Assembly: GCA_963662315.1 (NCBI GenBank)
Contig: OY759353.1
Span: 2,496,001-2,560,000 of the forward strand
DNA from: Geopsychrobacteraceae bacterium
Lineage (GTDB): Bacteria > Desulfobacterota > Desulfuromonadia > Desulfuromonadales > Geopsychrobacteraceae
Reading direction: 5' to 3'
DNA: 64,000 nucleotides
The position numbers and the translations under genes are program-made. Numbering within the stretch: the stretch's first letter is position 1; each line of letters opens with the position of its first letter. A model generated the notes under the pieces. The model worked only from the letters and a program-made list of their open reading frames with translations. It was not told the DNA's origin and ran no database searches. Shown here piece by piece: positions 63,689 through 64,000 of the stretch.

Positions 63689-64000
63689 AACTTAAATAAC
63701 TCCTCTTTTATCACTACTTTAAAAAGTAAAAAGAATCTTTCACCCATTTACATTGTCACTTCTTTGATTTGAAAACGAAGCGGCAGATTCAACTTGCAAG
63801 TGCACCATCATGAAGGACATCATGTCTTGTCCGATAGTTCAGGCATTTATGCGGCCTGTGGTTTGAGCGATGCACTGTTTCTCGAACCTGCTCCTTAGTA
63901 ATTGTGCGGTAGTCACTTTGAACTAGAATCTATCCTCGCCCTTTAGTAAATAATGTCAAGACTTCCTGCACTTTAAACCTAATTAAGAAAAGAAATATTA

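Noticed and set aside
63906..63913. gcggtag as an ops/JUMPstart element
   Set aside because: Incomplete match and on the strand opposite to the polysaccharide genes

Overview
Bacterial chromosomal window, most consistent with a Desulfuromonadales/Geobacter-related organism (inferred from gene families and order). Left part: conserved housekeeping run on the minus strand (radical SAM fusion, RNase E/G, rplU, rpmA, obgE, proB, proA), interrupted by an intact Y1/RAYT-like transposase gene whose catalytic motifs are replaced. Then radA, dksA, tatA, a ThiI-like sulfurtransferase, groES-groEL with a perfect CIRCE, a methylmalonyl-CoA cluster (XRE-cupin, scpA, meaB, mce), a probable sigma54-driven porin with a long structured leader, a Uup-like ABC-F, a K+ channel, an HDOD-GGDEF cyclase, ilvE, miaA coupled to a GT-A protein, and pcnB. 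Centre-right: a ~13 kb chemosensory cluster (heme-c plus hemerythrin MCP, double-Hpt CheA with MshEN-like motifs, CheW/R/B/D, HDOD, two receivers, five CheC/CheX-type ExxN sites) converging on a FleQ-like sigma54 activator. Right end: an AT-richer surface polysaccharide locus that probably continues past the window. No rRNA, tRNA or CRISPR array was seen. Best leads: the apparently domesticated dead transposase, a 16-bp ATTTSARATTTSARAT motif next to hairpins at convergent gene junctions, and the multi-input chemosensory system. All calls come from reading motifs by eye; no database search was run.
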